Positions 1 through 13,339 of a DNA stretch of 64,000 nucleotides are shown one piece after another. The DNA comes from Tubulanus polymorphus (lineage: Eukaryota > Animalia > Nemertea): assembly GCF_964204645.1 (NCBI RefSeq), contig NC_134026.1, positions 13,452,050-13,516,049 on the forward strand, in the 5' to 3' direction. The stretch's first letter is position 1; each line of letters opens with the position of its first letter. The notes beneath the pieces were generated by a model that had not been told where the DNA came from, did not search any database, and was given only the letters and a program-made list of their open reading frames with translations. Made by a program: the position numbers and the translations under genes.

Positions 1-447
1 CGTTTTCTTCGAAGTACAATGGGCGAAGAAAGACTGTCATCACTGGCACTCATGGCTGTCCATCCTGACATTCCAGTAGGTTTATACTCTTTGGGATTCA
101 ATTCAAATGAATTTTAATATTCAAATATCATAACATTTCAGTTTAGGCTACATTAAACCCAAGTCACTTGGCTCGTTTTTTTCAGGTCAATGTACAATAA
201 ATAATTGCGGAGTTTAAAGCCCAACACCCACGACGACTTTCCGACAATTGTTTGCTTGATAAATAATAATTAATATCAAAATAACATTCATATTGTTGTT
301 CTAAGCGGAAAGTGGATCGTATGAGTTTCAACTAGATGCAAGTTACGATGATAGTTCAAACGCACAGTTTGATGACAGCAACCTGGATTTTGAACAGCTG
401 ACTCTCTACAGGGTGAGTAATAATAAACTGTCGAGTTGTCGAGTTGT

Positions 448-565
448 AGTAATCAGTGGAAAGTCATCTTTACACAATATGGAAAAGTGACATTCAAAAT
501 TGATACAGGAGCGGAAGCGAATGCGATATCACATAGGCTAAATGCAATCAGTCAATGGAAATTTT
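448..565 (+). pseudogene. Gypsy-type LTR retrotransposon aspartic protease remnant
   Basis: Manual translation from 448 gives SNQWKVIFTQYGKVTFKIDTGAEANAIS, containing the retropepsin D-T-G motif in the usual Gypsy context (FKIDTGA). It stops shortly afterwards. Confidence 0.8.
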
Positions 566-579
566 GAACTAAAATTTTG

Positions 580-695
<116 letters not shown>

Positions 696-966
696 ATTTC
701 AAAATTTTAGATTCAGTACGAAATCATACCAGAAGCTTCTGAGATAATATCAAATGAATATATACCGCGAACTCATAAATTTATATTGACATTTTGTAGA
801 GAAATCGTGATTTTATATCCCGTATCTCGTATCTGGTATCTCGTATCAGGTATTATGTCACATGCCTAGAAAGAGCGATTGATGCCCTCCGTTGTCCCTT
901 CCGAGCCTCAGAGTTCTGTTGCTGAGGACTTCTTTACATATAAGGGTCGCAATTACTTGATAATAA

Positions 967-1200
967 CTGGCCAATGTAATTTATGAATTCAAATGTTTGC
1001 GTGATGCAAATAACACATACATTGGTAAAACAATGCGACATTTTGCCACAAGGGTAAAGGAGCGTGGAACTTCGCCTTCAGCAATTAAGGAACATTTAAC
1101 ATCATGTAAAAAATTGTGCATCAAATTTTTCTTGATTCTGGAGAAAATGACTTTGAAATCACCATCAAAGAGGCATATATACGCAGAACGAACGGTATTT
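967..1200 (+). mobile_element. Penelope-like element GIY-YIG endonuclease fragment
   Basis: Extending ORF 997..1254 upstream gives NVIYEFKCLRDANNTYIGKTMRHFATRVKE..SAIKEHLTSC, the VIY..C..YIGxT.R.L.TR.KEH pattern of PLE GIY-YIG domains. Confidence 0.85.
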
Positions 1201-2654
1201 ACTGCGACACATTATAGGGATATTAATACATGTATTGAAACGTCATTTTACTGATGCTTAATACCAGTTTTTCCCGTCATCAAGTTACATGTTTCAAACA
1301 GATTGGTGGTCCGAGGGAGTCACAATATTCATTCTAAGCCCGGGCTACAATTTAGTTAAAAAGATGTGTTCGCCATCTAACAGTAAAGTACCATACTATG
1401 CTTCTGTAGTAGTACTATAGTAATTTACTGACCCGACCGACTTGAGATACACAACGAGGCACCAGAACGGTACATGACACAGTTCTCTCAACACTGATTT
1501 GTGTCTCAGTTGTTTAAAAACATTGGTTAAGACATTCATCACACGTAATCTTTGGATCAAAATTAATATGATTGGACTTGGCGATATGTTCTGACCGTGT
1601 TGCCTGCCCATACGCTGCGGCTCAGAATGGTTCTTGAAGGGGGACAGGCCCATTGCGCAGTTTTTCAGAATGGTTCCATACCACAGATAGGTTACTGGCT
1701 GATAGGGAGGCCCAAACGCAGCCTCTCGGAATGGCTCTGGGGCTGCCGATGCGTGCGTTCGTGGTAAATTTCAAATACATGTAGTACATACGGATTCTGG
1801 GGAAGGGTAAACAAATATAAAACTTTGTACGGGGAGTGGGTCAAAACAAAATGTACTACTATTCTGACAGGAGCTGTCTTAAGAAAATGTATGTATATAT
1901 GAGAGATATCAAAAAATAATGTCAAACAGTAATATAAAATACAGAATCCTAATATCATCGTCGAGCGACTATCTCGGCAATTTCCAATTAATAGTCCCTC
2001 AATTTAAGCATAATCATGCAATTCGTAGGTCGAATGGAGGGGCTTTTCAAATGAACGTACGGGTGGTTTGGTCAATATAGAAAGTCCAAAGATCGAACGA
2101 GGAGGGGCCTAAAAACGGCTCGGGCAGAATTTTCTGTTAGTTATTTGAATGGGTTTGTACCACTGACAGGTCAGACGGGGTAGGGGAGGTGTTGGGTTAG
2201 TTCCAAGAACTCTAAAACATGTGAAGCATTTAGATTTATTTCCCGGCCAATTAATGAATGATTTTCGTAAGCAAAAAAATAACAGGATTCTGCATTTATG
2301 CGCCGTCCATTGGACGGGTATTCAGCTAGTAATATATAAAATCTAAAAAACGAAGTATTAACAGACAACTTTAAACACATGGTGTTTCATTTTTACTGAA
2401 CGTATTTTGATATGTTTATAATCCATTTGTAAACTAGGCCACTTCATGCCTGCATGATATTCTCTGTAATAAGTAACAGTATACTATGCATAGTTTGTAT
2501 CTTTTCATGTCATTTCTTGAAAAGGACTCGAAGAGATGTGTCGAAATCGATTGAAACGTTTGAAAATGTAGATAAACTCATTATTATCATCATGAAGATT
2601 GTGATAGTTGTGTTTTTATTATTATTTAACTATCTGGATACTCTTCCGAAATTA

Positions 2655-3170
2655 TGCTTGATAATTGTTGATTATTATAGCAATTTCTTTGATTCCGAAG
2701 AGATGGATGGTATTACCTGGGCACAGTCAGTAATAAAACAAAATAAAAAGTGGTTCAGTGTTCATGGAATACCAGTCGTGTTTACAAGACTAGTGATAAT
2801 GGACCGGCGTTTAATTCGTATGAATTCAAACATCTTCTATCTGAATATGGTATTAAGTTTGATCCACTGTCACCAAAACACTGCCAAGCTAATGGGCTCG
2901 TAGAATGTGGCTATTGCTAAGAGTATTTTGATAGGTAAATGCCTATACCTTGGTCTGCTTATCAATAGAAATACACCTAGGAATATAGTAAGGATGTAGG
3001 GTCACCTACTCAGCGTTTATTTGGTCACATGGCTCGAACGAGGCTACCTACTTCAAAACAGCTGCTGGTACCGGAAAGTTAAAATCCGACTGTAGTCAGT
3101 ATAAGCTTGACCAAAGACAGACAAAAATCCGATTTATATTTTAATCAGATGGCTAAGTCCTTGGATCCTA
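2655..3170 (+). pseudogene. Gypsy integrase (rve) remnant, frameshifted
   Basis: Segments across frames, in integrase order: LIIVDYYSNF, WFSVHGIP, SDNGPAFNS, SPKHCQANGLVE, RNTP, GSPTQRLFGHMARTRLP, DRQKS..FNQMAKSL. Includes the D,D(35)E residues. Confidence 0.88.
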
Positions 3171-6100
3171 CATTTCCTACTACAGTACGGGTAAGAGAAA
3201 TGAAAATGGCGAAACATGGGGATCCCCAGGATTTTTTTGTTTTTTCGTTTTTTGGATATATAATAGGAATCTCGTCCTCCCTCAGAAGATTTTGGAAAGG
3301 TTCGTGTGAGCAGGCGCATTCTGGTGCAATCTGAGACCGATAGGTAGACTGGTTCCCGTTTACTTTTACGTATCGATTCTATTTTGCTGATTTAGCAAAT
3401 GGAGACAATGTGCCGACGTTCGTCGACGTTAGACAATTTTTGACAAATACATTTAACTATGAAAAAATATGAATAGTTTATAACCATAAGGTCATGTTTT
3501 TATTCCATCATATAACATAAATCTTTTATCATCAAATGGATTTAAGCTACTTTTATTGAATTATATAAACACTTTATATAATCCTCAAATTCTACCGGTA
3601 TATGTTTTTTAACATGTTTTCCTATTTATACCTTTTAATTTTTTTGATTCATGATCTTTGGTTCTATAACTGTACATTTTAGAACGAATTGCATTTAACT
3701 CAATCATTTCATCACCACCTAATTCATCTTTTAATTTCCCGGGTCGCTTTTTATTTTCGTTACTAAACAATTCCTGTTCTTTTGGGATGCCGCAATTGTA
3801 GACCGATTCATTTCAAACTTGGTACACAAGTGGGGTATCAATTGGGTCAGCAATAACATATGATAGATTCCGAAAAGACATAACAATATTCAAATAACCT
3901 AAAAGCTGATACTAACTAACGTCTACAATGGAACCATTCCGATTCCCAGTCCCCGGGTGTATGATATTTCATGTAACAATGTTAAACAACACCGATGTCT
4001 TAGCTCTTTAACCAGAAAGAAACTTTCCATGACGGGTTTCAGTATTTATTTGAAAAGTGAATGGAAATAACTGTGTTAACGCGATGCATGTTTAATCGAT
4101 CCTTCGAGGTAACACGTCAGTAAGTATACTTACCATGACCACTGAATACAGTCTGCTCTCGGCACAATCGCCAAGAAACCATGGCACAGGCCAATGACCA
4201 TGCAGTCCATGGGGTACAAGCTTCACATCCATGATTACACGAGTGTTTTGAAGCTGTTCACAGACTGAACCTTAAGGCCAACTGCTAGCTGTACCCTGAG
4301 GGCCTATAGCTAGTCTTACGATTGACCAAGTGGAACAGGAAAACGATATTCACCATTGGATGAACGACAGTTACGCAATATTAATTATGGGCATTTTGGA
4401 CTTGACAATTTTGATCCCGGTACCAATTAAAACTTTGGCATAAACTATCGTGGACAAACAAAATCAAGAGCTGCTATACAAGTTTTTCGAATTTCGGGGC
4501 AGTACATATTAAACCAGGCCGGCCAGTTACTGCTGAATTCAAGTTCATTAACTGAATGCGGCTTTCAATAGTTTCATTCATGATAGGATATCTGTTAATA
4601 GTAAAGCAATTTAGGCTAAAACGTTTTTTAATGTGACACCACGTCTTCGCATGACCATTCGACAATTAGAATGTGGGTCTGTTGATGCACTGTCTGTGTA
4701 CACGCGGTAAAAACACTTATCTGCGCCTTGGAAAGCGTTATCTATTCTATTACGCAATTGATACAGAAATGGTTACCGGTTAATATACTGGGGTCCGACC
4801 CAGTAGGGAGATTGTTAACACAAACCGGTGCCCAAAATTCCGCTAATACTTCAATTCAAAGAAAATTAGCTATCAAAATTAATCAATCATTGAAATGAAT
4901 CGGACCCAATAATCGTGTTATATGAACTTGTGGTTGATATTTGGTCGGACCCATTAATGTGGTTTGGCGATTAATACTGCAACCTTAATATTAGGTCCGA
5001 CCCAGTGATAAGGTTATGGTTTTATGATAAAATTTGTCCGTCCACGTTATATCTGAATTATTTCGTAGAATAACGAATTAACAAATTAAACGACGACGAA
5101 TAAAGCGAGGTTGACTGTATGCGTTAAAGCTATATTTCCCAGTTTTCACAGGGTAAACACCGTTATTTGCAATTTGGGCCTGATAACAAATTTTTTGAAT
5201 AAGTTTCCTGACGACTGATGCAACAGTGGAATATTCGAGTCAAGTCTAATACGGTCATAATGCGCGTCGCGTGTTTTCTTAGATTTTTTTTAAAATGGTG
5301 TTATTCGGTCCCAGTCACCGATCGCAATTTATAATAATTAAACTAAATTTTGTTTCCATGCAAAAAGATATTAACTCGTTTATTATATCGTCATATGATA
5401 TTATAGGCCGTTGGTCCCAGTTTTCACCTCTTTTTTTCTATTTGCATGATGCATGTATTATCGGTATCATAACGTCTCACTATCTATGCTCAAAGTGTAA
5501 TATAGGTATATGCAGTAAGGTTACAACATGTATCATTATTACCGAACATGTATGTGGCCTTACATGCGAACGGAACATAATAAATACGATACTCAGCGTC
5601 ATGTGAACGCATATTTTCAACGCGTATCGGCTACACTTTCAAATATCGATGTGGTTTTGAATTCGCTGATCATATAACTTATACAACGAGAATCTGCATC
5701 GTTTTACGTGAGTAAAAGCTTCAGTCATATTTGTACACCTACACGTATTGATGATTTAACCGAATATTTTGAATACATAGTGATCCGCAGCAAGATTTCG
5801 TAGTAGCTAAAGAAATGTAATGTTGATTTCCTGTATGCGTCGGTGTATGCGTCGGTTGTTCTTAATGGGTGTCAGACAACAAACGATGTAGTAAGAATTA
5901 CGGAAATTGTTGTTTGATGCTGTTCGATGCTTTGATCTATCAGCGGTGACCATAAATCAGCATGGTGCAAAAATAAATCTTTCTCAGTTCTTCTGCTGCG
6001 ATATCTGGCAAACATTCAGAATCTTTTTATAAAACTTTAGAATAGACGGGACCATATTTGGTTGGGTTGGTAGAATGAGGTGTATTAATAATGTGGCTCG

Positions 6101-6178
6101 TGAAGGGATCTCGCTGTTACTTCTTGATACTCCCGGCTTCTTTCTATAAAAGGAAGAAACGGAAGTATAGGGAGACAT

Positions 6179-7068
6179 TGTTGTGTTCCTTTATCCTGTA
6201 TCATAATAGAATAAGTTAAATCATAAGAGAAAATTAGTATAATAGCTATAGGAAGATATTAAGGGTTGATAATTAATCACAATGCATTTCCGAATCAAAA
6301 GTACTATAAATAAGTCGAAAAGAAACAATGAGTCTGTAACGTAATTTGTGGTGAAAACAAAGTTTTGAAAATATATTTAATTTGAGTAATCTGGATGTAA
6401 TTTAAGAACAAAATAATCGCTAAAGTTTTAGGAAAATTAATTTGTGTAAAATGTTAAGACTAGCTCTCTAAAGATCCTGTTGTTGTAAACGTCTGTTAGT
6501 AACTCGCAGAGAATTACTGTCCTCTCAACGATGATAAGCAAGCAGTGAGTAAATCATTCCGCGTCATGACAGGAGGGTTGGAAAGAAAAAGTTAGTTTAG
6601 CAAATCAGTTTTAAAAATAATCTTAGATCGCGAATCATTGAGGCTAAATTCTATATGACCAAGACAGTCATGACAGTAAGGTTGCTGCTCCTTGCCAAAA
6701 GTTGAGTGGGAGAGTCGGACTTTTAAGAATGCCGATTCTTTCTATAAAAGGGATCCGCAGTCTTGGGAGAGAGAGTTCGATTCGGTGGTTCTATTCAAGA
6801 CCTCGTTTAGAGAGTTTTGTTCGGGAAGACAGGTACAAACAGGAGTGTAGACTAGAAATCATTTTGAGTGCTAGGATCTGGATTGTGGTTTTTGGCTGGA
6901 CATTACAACAAACCGGTTAAGGTAAATAAACATCATTTATATTATTATTATCAATCAGAATTTCGGCATTTATAGTTTATTATTTGGGTTTGTCCACGGA
7001 CACGTTCTCTCGCCAGGGCCCGATCTTTACATTTTACAATTAACGATTAAGGAGAGAACGGTGTAACA
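6179..7068 (+). mobile_element. Probable solo LTR; left boundary uncertain (6179 or 6335)
   Basis: Begins TGT and ends GTAACA. TATAAAA at 6743, AATAAA at 6925, U5-like tail. No clean TSD found. Confidence 0.55.
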
Positions 7069-7705
7069 ATAGGCTACAAAGAATCTAACTTAGCGCTAAT
7101 CTTTAATCGGTATCCCACTTTTATGCTTATACTTACCAGATGTTAACATAGTCGTGTTGTTCTTCCCGATCAGCGTACAAAATGGTATTCCACAAGTACA
7201 GTTAAACTTGTAATCTTTGTTTGCGAGGATAAACCATTCGCCAAGATACACAAATGGTAAGTCAGATTGGGACCCGATGGGTTCACATATTGTTTCTACA
7301 ATAAGTAGACAAACGTACCGGGTTATAGTATGATAACAAAATGTTTCAATGAATTTTCCGAAATGATACTTACGTTTCACTGTCAGGTGATATTTCTCCA
7401 CTAAACTGGGAATATACTGATCTTTTGAGGATATTTGGTGTGCCATTTTCACAGATGCCACCGAAGTCTGCACTGACCAGTGAATTATCAATCCAAGCAT
7501 CATCAAGTGTGCGAATATACACCCCATCTCGGTTTTTATATCTTCCCTTAACTGGACCGAAATGCGACGTGCGGTCTTGTTGACAACAAACCGATATATG
7601 TTTTAATAGTTAGTTGAGTAATTAACGTGCAAAACAAATGTCCATTAGAAGTAGGTAGTAGCATATGTTTCTAATCGATTTCATTTTTATAACGTAAGGA
7701 CATAC

Positions 7706-7829
<124 letters not shown>

Positions 7830-7988
7830 CTACAGAACTTCTATACTGAGTGTCCTTACTAGGATAGAAATGACATATCCTTGTCTTGATATTTTGGGCC
7901 GTTTTTTTGCAAAACCCCAAATTATTATCATTTTTGCTGCACCATTTGTCTGTCAAAGCTTTGACTGAGAATTAATTTACTTCTTTAG

Positions 7989-8217
7989 CTTAGATGCGAC
8001 AGGAGACGATGAGACACTTGGGAGGCTCTTGAACCATGGATACAGGAAAAGGCGTAAAGCCATTGTCAAAACTATCAGTGTGGATGGAGGCCATTGTCAA
8101 AACTATCAGTGTGGATGGAACCCTGTGTCTTTGTTTTTTTTTACATCGAAGGCATTTTCTGTAAATGAAGGAATAACCTATGGTTATGGGTTAGAAAATT
8201 ATCCGTGGGAAAACGAG
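7989..8217 (+). pseudogene. Decayed exon encoding the C-terminal half of a SETD8/PR-Set7-like SET domain
   Basis: Acceptor ttctttag and donor gag|gtact. Translation LDATGDDETLGRLLNHG...VKTISVDG...FFTSKAFSVNEGITYGYGLENYPW matches the SET motifs DAT..GRLxNH and EELxYDYG..YPW. Contains an internal 31-bp duplication. Confidence 0.75.
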
Positions 8218-9565
8218 GTACTATGTTTCAGTAGTGTCAGAATAACCATAAAAGCAATGATCTGTCATTCAGTTCACAATTATTCTCTAAATTTGTATTT
8301 TCCCAATTTTCACTCTTGGATTTCATGATTCTTGTGTTACGTACTGATCGATAATGTCCGTCAATTTTGCGCGTGTTAACGTGTCTTGTATCAATTGAAC
8401 TCAAATTCTTTTGGTTGATTATGAAATCGTTCCTTTTGCAGGTTGATGATGACGTAATAGGTATCGTCAATATTGCTATGTTTCAATTTCATTTTCCCTG
8501 AAAAAATTATTAGTTTTTGTTGATTTTAATGTTTAGCTTAAGAGTTAAGTTTTTGCATTCATCAGGCTCTACCAACAAAGGATTTGCCATGGGGGCTATT
8601 TGAAAATAACCTTTGTGCATCCCAAAGAACTTAGGAAATATCGTATCTTATTCTCCTATTATAAGCAGGTAAAATTCACAAATGCCTGATATAGTATACA
8701 AGTGATTACTTGACCTCTAAAATCTGTTTTATTTTGAGAGCCTCATTTAAACTTTTTTTACCACTTCATTGCAATGTTCATCAGTCGGGACTTGGTCATT
8801 TGGCTGCAATAGACCCTGCGGGTCAAATTGTAAGTGCAGGGTCCAGTTTCCCAAAAAAATCAAATTGTTGGGCTAATTGCTATTGGGTACTTCATGTTTT
8901 CAATGAGGCCAACGATTCAAACTTAACCGTTACACTTTTTTGTGAAACTCGGCCCAGGAGAACCCTATCTAAGATTGGGTTAATTCGATTTGAATTATGG
9001 CCACCTGGGGGCTGACATGAAAATTTACTTTAAAATCCTAGAGGCCTGATTGTGAACCAATTGTTTCAAACTTGGTTCACAAGTACTTGGTAGGGCATAA
9101 CTTGGGAAATCAAAAATCGGGTCGATTTGATGATTATTGCCACCAGGAGCTTGACATGAAAACGGATTTAAATGCTTTGTTTGATGCTGCAACTATTAAC
9201 TGATTATTAACTGATTTTAAATCTTGGTACACACATTGTGCCTAAACCCTACTGTTAATGGGGCCGATTTGTTTCTTTTTTTTCCACCCCAGGGGCTGAC
9301 ATGAATACCACATTAACAACCAAGAGGTCGCCTACGTATATAGTTTATTCGACTGTTGTTCAATTTTTTCAAACTTGATACACTTGCAAGGTTTGACTAA
9401 ATGCAGAAACCAATTGAAAATGGGGTTGATTTTGATTCATATTTCAGCCACCAGGGTGTCAACATGGCAAATGTTGTAAACAGCCTAAAGGCTGGAAAGG
9501 TCCTCCATTTTTTTTCAAACTTGCAGGCCTGCCAACCGGCTACGATATTTCCAACGCATTCATGT

Positions 9566-10680
9566 AACTTTACACGTGGCCATGAATCATAGGCCGAGGG
9601 TATTCAAGGTTTTGTCTCATCCTAGTTTAGAATATTTTTTGTTTATTCTAGAATGTTGACATAAAATTACCACTGAGTGCGAAAAAAGAAACTTATGTTC
9701 CTGCTGAGGAACAAAATGCACAAGTAGAATCAGGAGTACATTTCATTCCAGCCCGGGATAAGCTGGTATGTACGGAGTGAGAACCCGATTTACTTGAAGC
9801 AGATAAGAAGTTGGAGGAAAGTGATTAAGTGATTGATGTAAGGTCGGTGAATGACAGTCAATCAAATTGCAGTAGTGAAGGAAATAATTTACGATTTAGG
9901 GAGCATCTTAGAATTTCTGGAGTGTCAATAAAAACTAATTGATAAACTGAAGGACATGCAGTGGGTTGAGAAACAATTGATATTGTGAACTATGTTTACT
10001 TTATTAATAGGCAATCTTTTGAATCCCGGCATTTGTAATGGCACACCGTCAATTGGCTTCATTTGACCATTGTAGTGTAGACATAAATATAGCTCCACAT
10101 TGAAGTCTTGATTTACGTTCCAGATTGGAAAGGTCGCAAATATCCTCCAATTATTTTCAAACGATATTTCAAACACATTCATCACAATCCCTGTAAATCT
10201 ACACGTGGCCATGAATCATAGGCCCAGGGGATTCAAGGCTTTATTCCATTCTATTTTAGAATATGTTTTGTTTATTCTAGATTGTAAACATGACATTACC
10301 ACTGAGAAAAGTGTGAAAGAGAAACTTATGTTCCAGCTGAGCAACAGAATGCGCTAGTAAAATCGGAAGAAAATTTCGTTCCAGCCCAAGATCAGCTGGT
10401 ATGTACGGAGCAAGAACCCGATTTACTTTAAACCGATAAGAAGTTGGAGGAAAGTGATTAAGTGATTGATAAGGTCAAATCGTAGTAGTAGAGGTAATTA
10501 GAAATAAAAAAGATTTAGGGAGCATCTAAAAAATTTCGAGAAATGTATTTATATATATAATAATATCTGTAATCGATAAACTAAAGGACAGTGGGTTGAG
10601 AAACAATTGATATTGTGAACTATGTTTACATTATAGATAGCCAATCTTTTAAATGCCTGCCTTTGAAATGGCGTACCCTC
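9566..10680 (+). repeat. Diverged tandem duplication (period about 629 bp), each unit with an exon-like segment
   Basis: acacgtggccatgaatcatagg at 9572 and 10201. Exon-like segments 9652-9765 (114 nt, open) and 10281-10398 (118 nt, frameshifted), both bounded by tttattctag and gtatgt. Confidence 0.85.
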
Positions 10681-10789
10681 ATAAGTAATTGTATACATGG
10701 TTCCTACAGATACGAAATTTGAGGAGTATTTAAGGGGCTTTTGAGGGTATGACCACCAAATCCGAGGGTCATTTTTTCACGGCGCAAAC

Positions 10790-11735
10790 CTAATTGATAC
10801 ATAAAACAGTACCAGTAGAATACTTGGCATTAATCAAGAATTAAAATTAACAGATCATATTGCAGTATTTAAAATTTCATTATGCAATCAAAATTTAAAT
10901 GAATTAATTCAGAAAATGGATAATATTGAAAAATTATTAAATGGGAAAAATTACAATATATAAGATGTAAGATGTTACACAAGATTTTAAAGGATCATTT
11001 AATTCGGATGAAATAAAATCAATGTTCGAAAATAGAAAATGTAAAGTTTTAAAAGAATTTTCTAATAGTTGTGTTTCAGCATTACATAAGGATGATAAAA
11101 TAAACATCTATAATAAAACAGCATGTCAATTCAAATCCTCTGGTGTAAATATAAATTCCCGTTCAAATTTAATGAGTTACATAAATTGCTATCAAGAAAG
11201 GCTGAAGAATCATTTGAAAAATCAATTGAAACAGGATTGATTAGAATTGAAATAACTAGTATTTCATTTGAAAAGGGATCAAAAATGATGGAAAAAATAT
11301 AACAATACTTGAAAAAAGAAAATATTTACTATTCACCTGCTTATTAACAACTTAAATCGTTATTTGATGAGGTAAAACAGACTGTATGTATTTATGATTT
11401 GATTGAAAAAAGTTTTTATTTCTGTTATTATGGTGATTTATTAGCAAGCAAATTTATAGGATATATATAAATCTAGGATAAGTAAAAATATTGAAGAGTC
11501 CTCCTTTTTACTCATTTTATCAATGTTAACAATTAAAAATATCCCATGTTTATATCTCACAATTAATCAAAATGATGATAAATCAGAATTCATTATTGAA
11601 GCAAAAAAAATATATTAAAACTGAAGGATCAACTGTTATATCTTCAACTAATTCAATGTTTACAGTATTGAATAAATTAATATTTAGATTTAAATTACGT
11701 GAAACAAGAATTAGTTTAACAATTTTAAAAACGAG
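10790..11735 (+). pseudogene. Decayed AT-rich gene with Rep_trans-like (rolling-circle initiator) motifs
   Basis: Joined frames read IDT...GKITIYKM*DVTQDF...KINIYNKTACQF...GLIRIEIT...IYYSP...VCIYD. ORF 11022..11240 is part of it. Family assignment is by motif eye-reading only. Confidence 0.5.
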
Positions 11736-11759
11736 ATACAATATATAATCTAAACCTTT

Positions 11760-12138
11760 TTATTCACTTTTAATTAGTTCGGGATAATCAGATTCTATAT
11801 ATAATCCTAAAGCTGCAGCGCTTTGATGAATTCTTTTAATAGTATTTGTTTTTGGTGGTTCTTCTGAAAAATCATTTTCATTAGAATTTAATTTCTTTCT
11901 TTTATAATATATTTCTTTTCTATCTTGATCAGTTAATTCTTTATTTAATGACTCGAAGTCACCATATATAACAAATGGTACTTTATTCTTGTAATCATAA
12001 TTTTTGAATTCTTATATCTTATCTTTTTCATTCGGTAAAACTAATTTACAATAATCATGATTATCACATAATTGTTTATGATTTAATAATGCACTTTTAT
12101 TACTGAATTTAGTTATACATTTTCTACATAGGTATATT
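11760..12138 (-). pseudogene. Polinton/Maverick-type DNA polymerase B remnant, downstream part
   Basis: Minus strand reads IYLCRKCITKFSNKSALLNHKQLC (zinc finger), then EFKNYDYKNKVPFVIYGDFES (ExoI motif, PFVIYADFES-like). One internal stop. Confidence 0.85.
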
Positions 12139-13339
12139 TAATTAGGGTTTTCTGTTACATCACAGAAAACCCTATTGAGATTCGCGTGTTTCTTATTATT
12201 AGGGTTTTCTGTTACATCACAGAAAACCCTATTGATATCCGCGTGATTATTATTAGGGTTTTCTGTTATTTCACAGAAAACCCTATTGATATCCGCGTGA
12301 TTATTATTATTATTATTTTCTTCCACACTATTTTTACCAAAAGAACATAGGCTTTGTTACCTTACCGCTGTTTTATATACAATCCATATAATATCGTTCA
12401 GCTCACTGAGATCTACAAATAGCCCGCGTGTTTTTTCACGAATCATCGTTACAAAAGCGCTGTCGGGCTGTAAACATCGAACATTTAGCCCCATTCAATG
12501 GGGCGACATGTTTTTCGAGTCGTCATCCCGAAATCAACCCGCAGGCCGACTGTCACTTCGATTATCAATTCAAGTATAAATGAACTAATTTATTGGCGCA
12601 GACTTCACATTCAGTCGCGGTCTTCAAACAGTGATTTTAACAATAGCCCATTTTTCTCATCAAATCATATTACCGATACACTGGAAATTTACTACTTTAG
12701 ATTTTAAAAGCACTGTCGAGCCGTAAACATCGACGAATCGACGTGTCGTTCCGGGGATCAGCTGCGAGTTTCTCCTCATCATGAGAATCAAATCGAGTAC
12801 AAATTAATTTATTACTACCAATGATTTGGCTGCGGGTTTCAAGGAGTTAGTTTAACAATAACTATTTTTCTTTACCAAATTAACCGTGTATTTGCTAAGA
12901 TAAATCGTTAGTGTACCGGGGAATCGTAGGCCTAAACTAAACAGGCCGAAGAGATATGGCGGAGAAAAGCTGTTATGTCGACGAGGTATCAAATTAAAAG
13001 AATATATTACTTTATTCGGCCGCGGGCTTCAACCATTTATCAATACTCTATATTTCCTACAGTACATACCGATCATTGTCAAATGCACAAGGTATTTACT
13101 AAATACAAGTATATAACACACTCCTATCCGTATGCTGGACTCACACTTGACATTCGGAGTAAGCGTTCGCTGTGGGGAAAAGGAGATCGTTCGCTGTGTC
13201 GCTTGAAGTGTTTATCGAGTTTTACGCGACCTTAAGGCTTTAGTATGGTGGCTGATAAGATAAAAAAACACGAATATGCAAATGAGGGCGACATTACGAC
13301 AAAACGACAAAACTAAAATAACGCGAGAAAACAATGATT

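Noticed and set aside
1200-1260. Hammerhead after the first Penelope fragment (gaaacgtc at about 1237)
   Set aside because: No CTGAnGA upstream at a suitable position.
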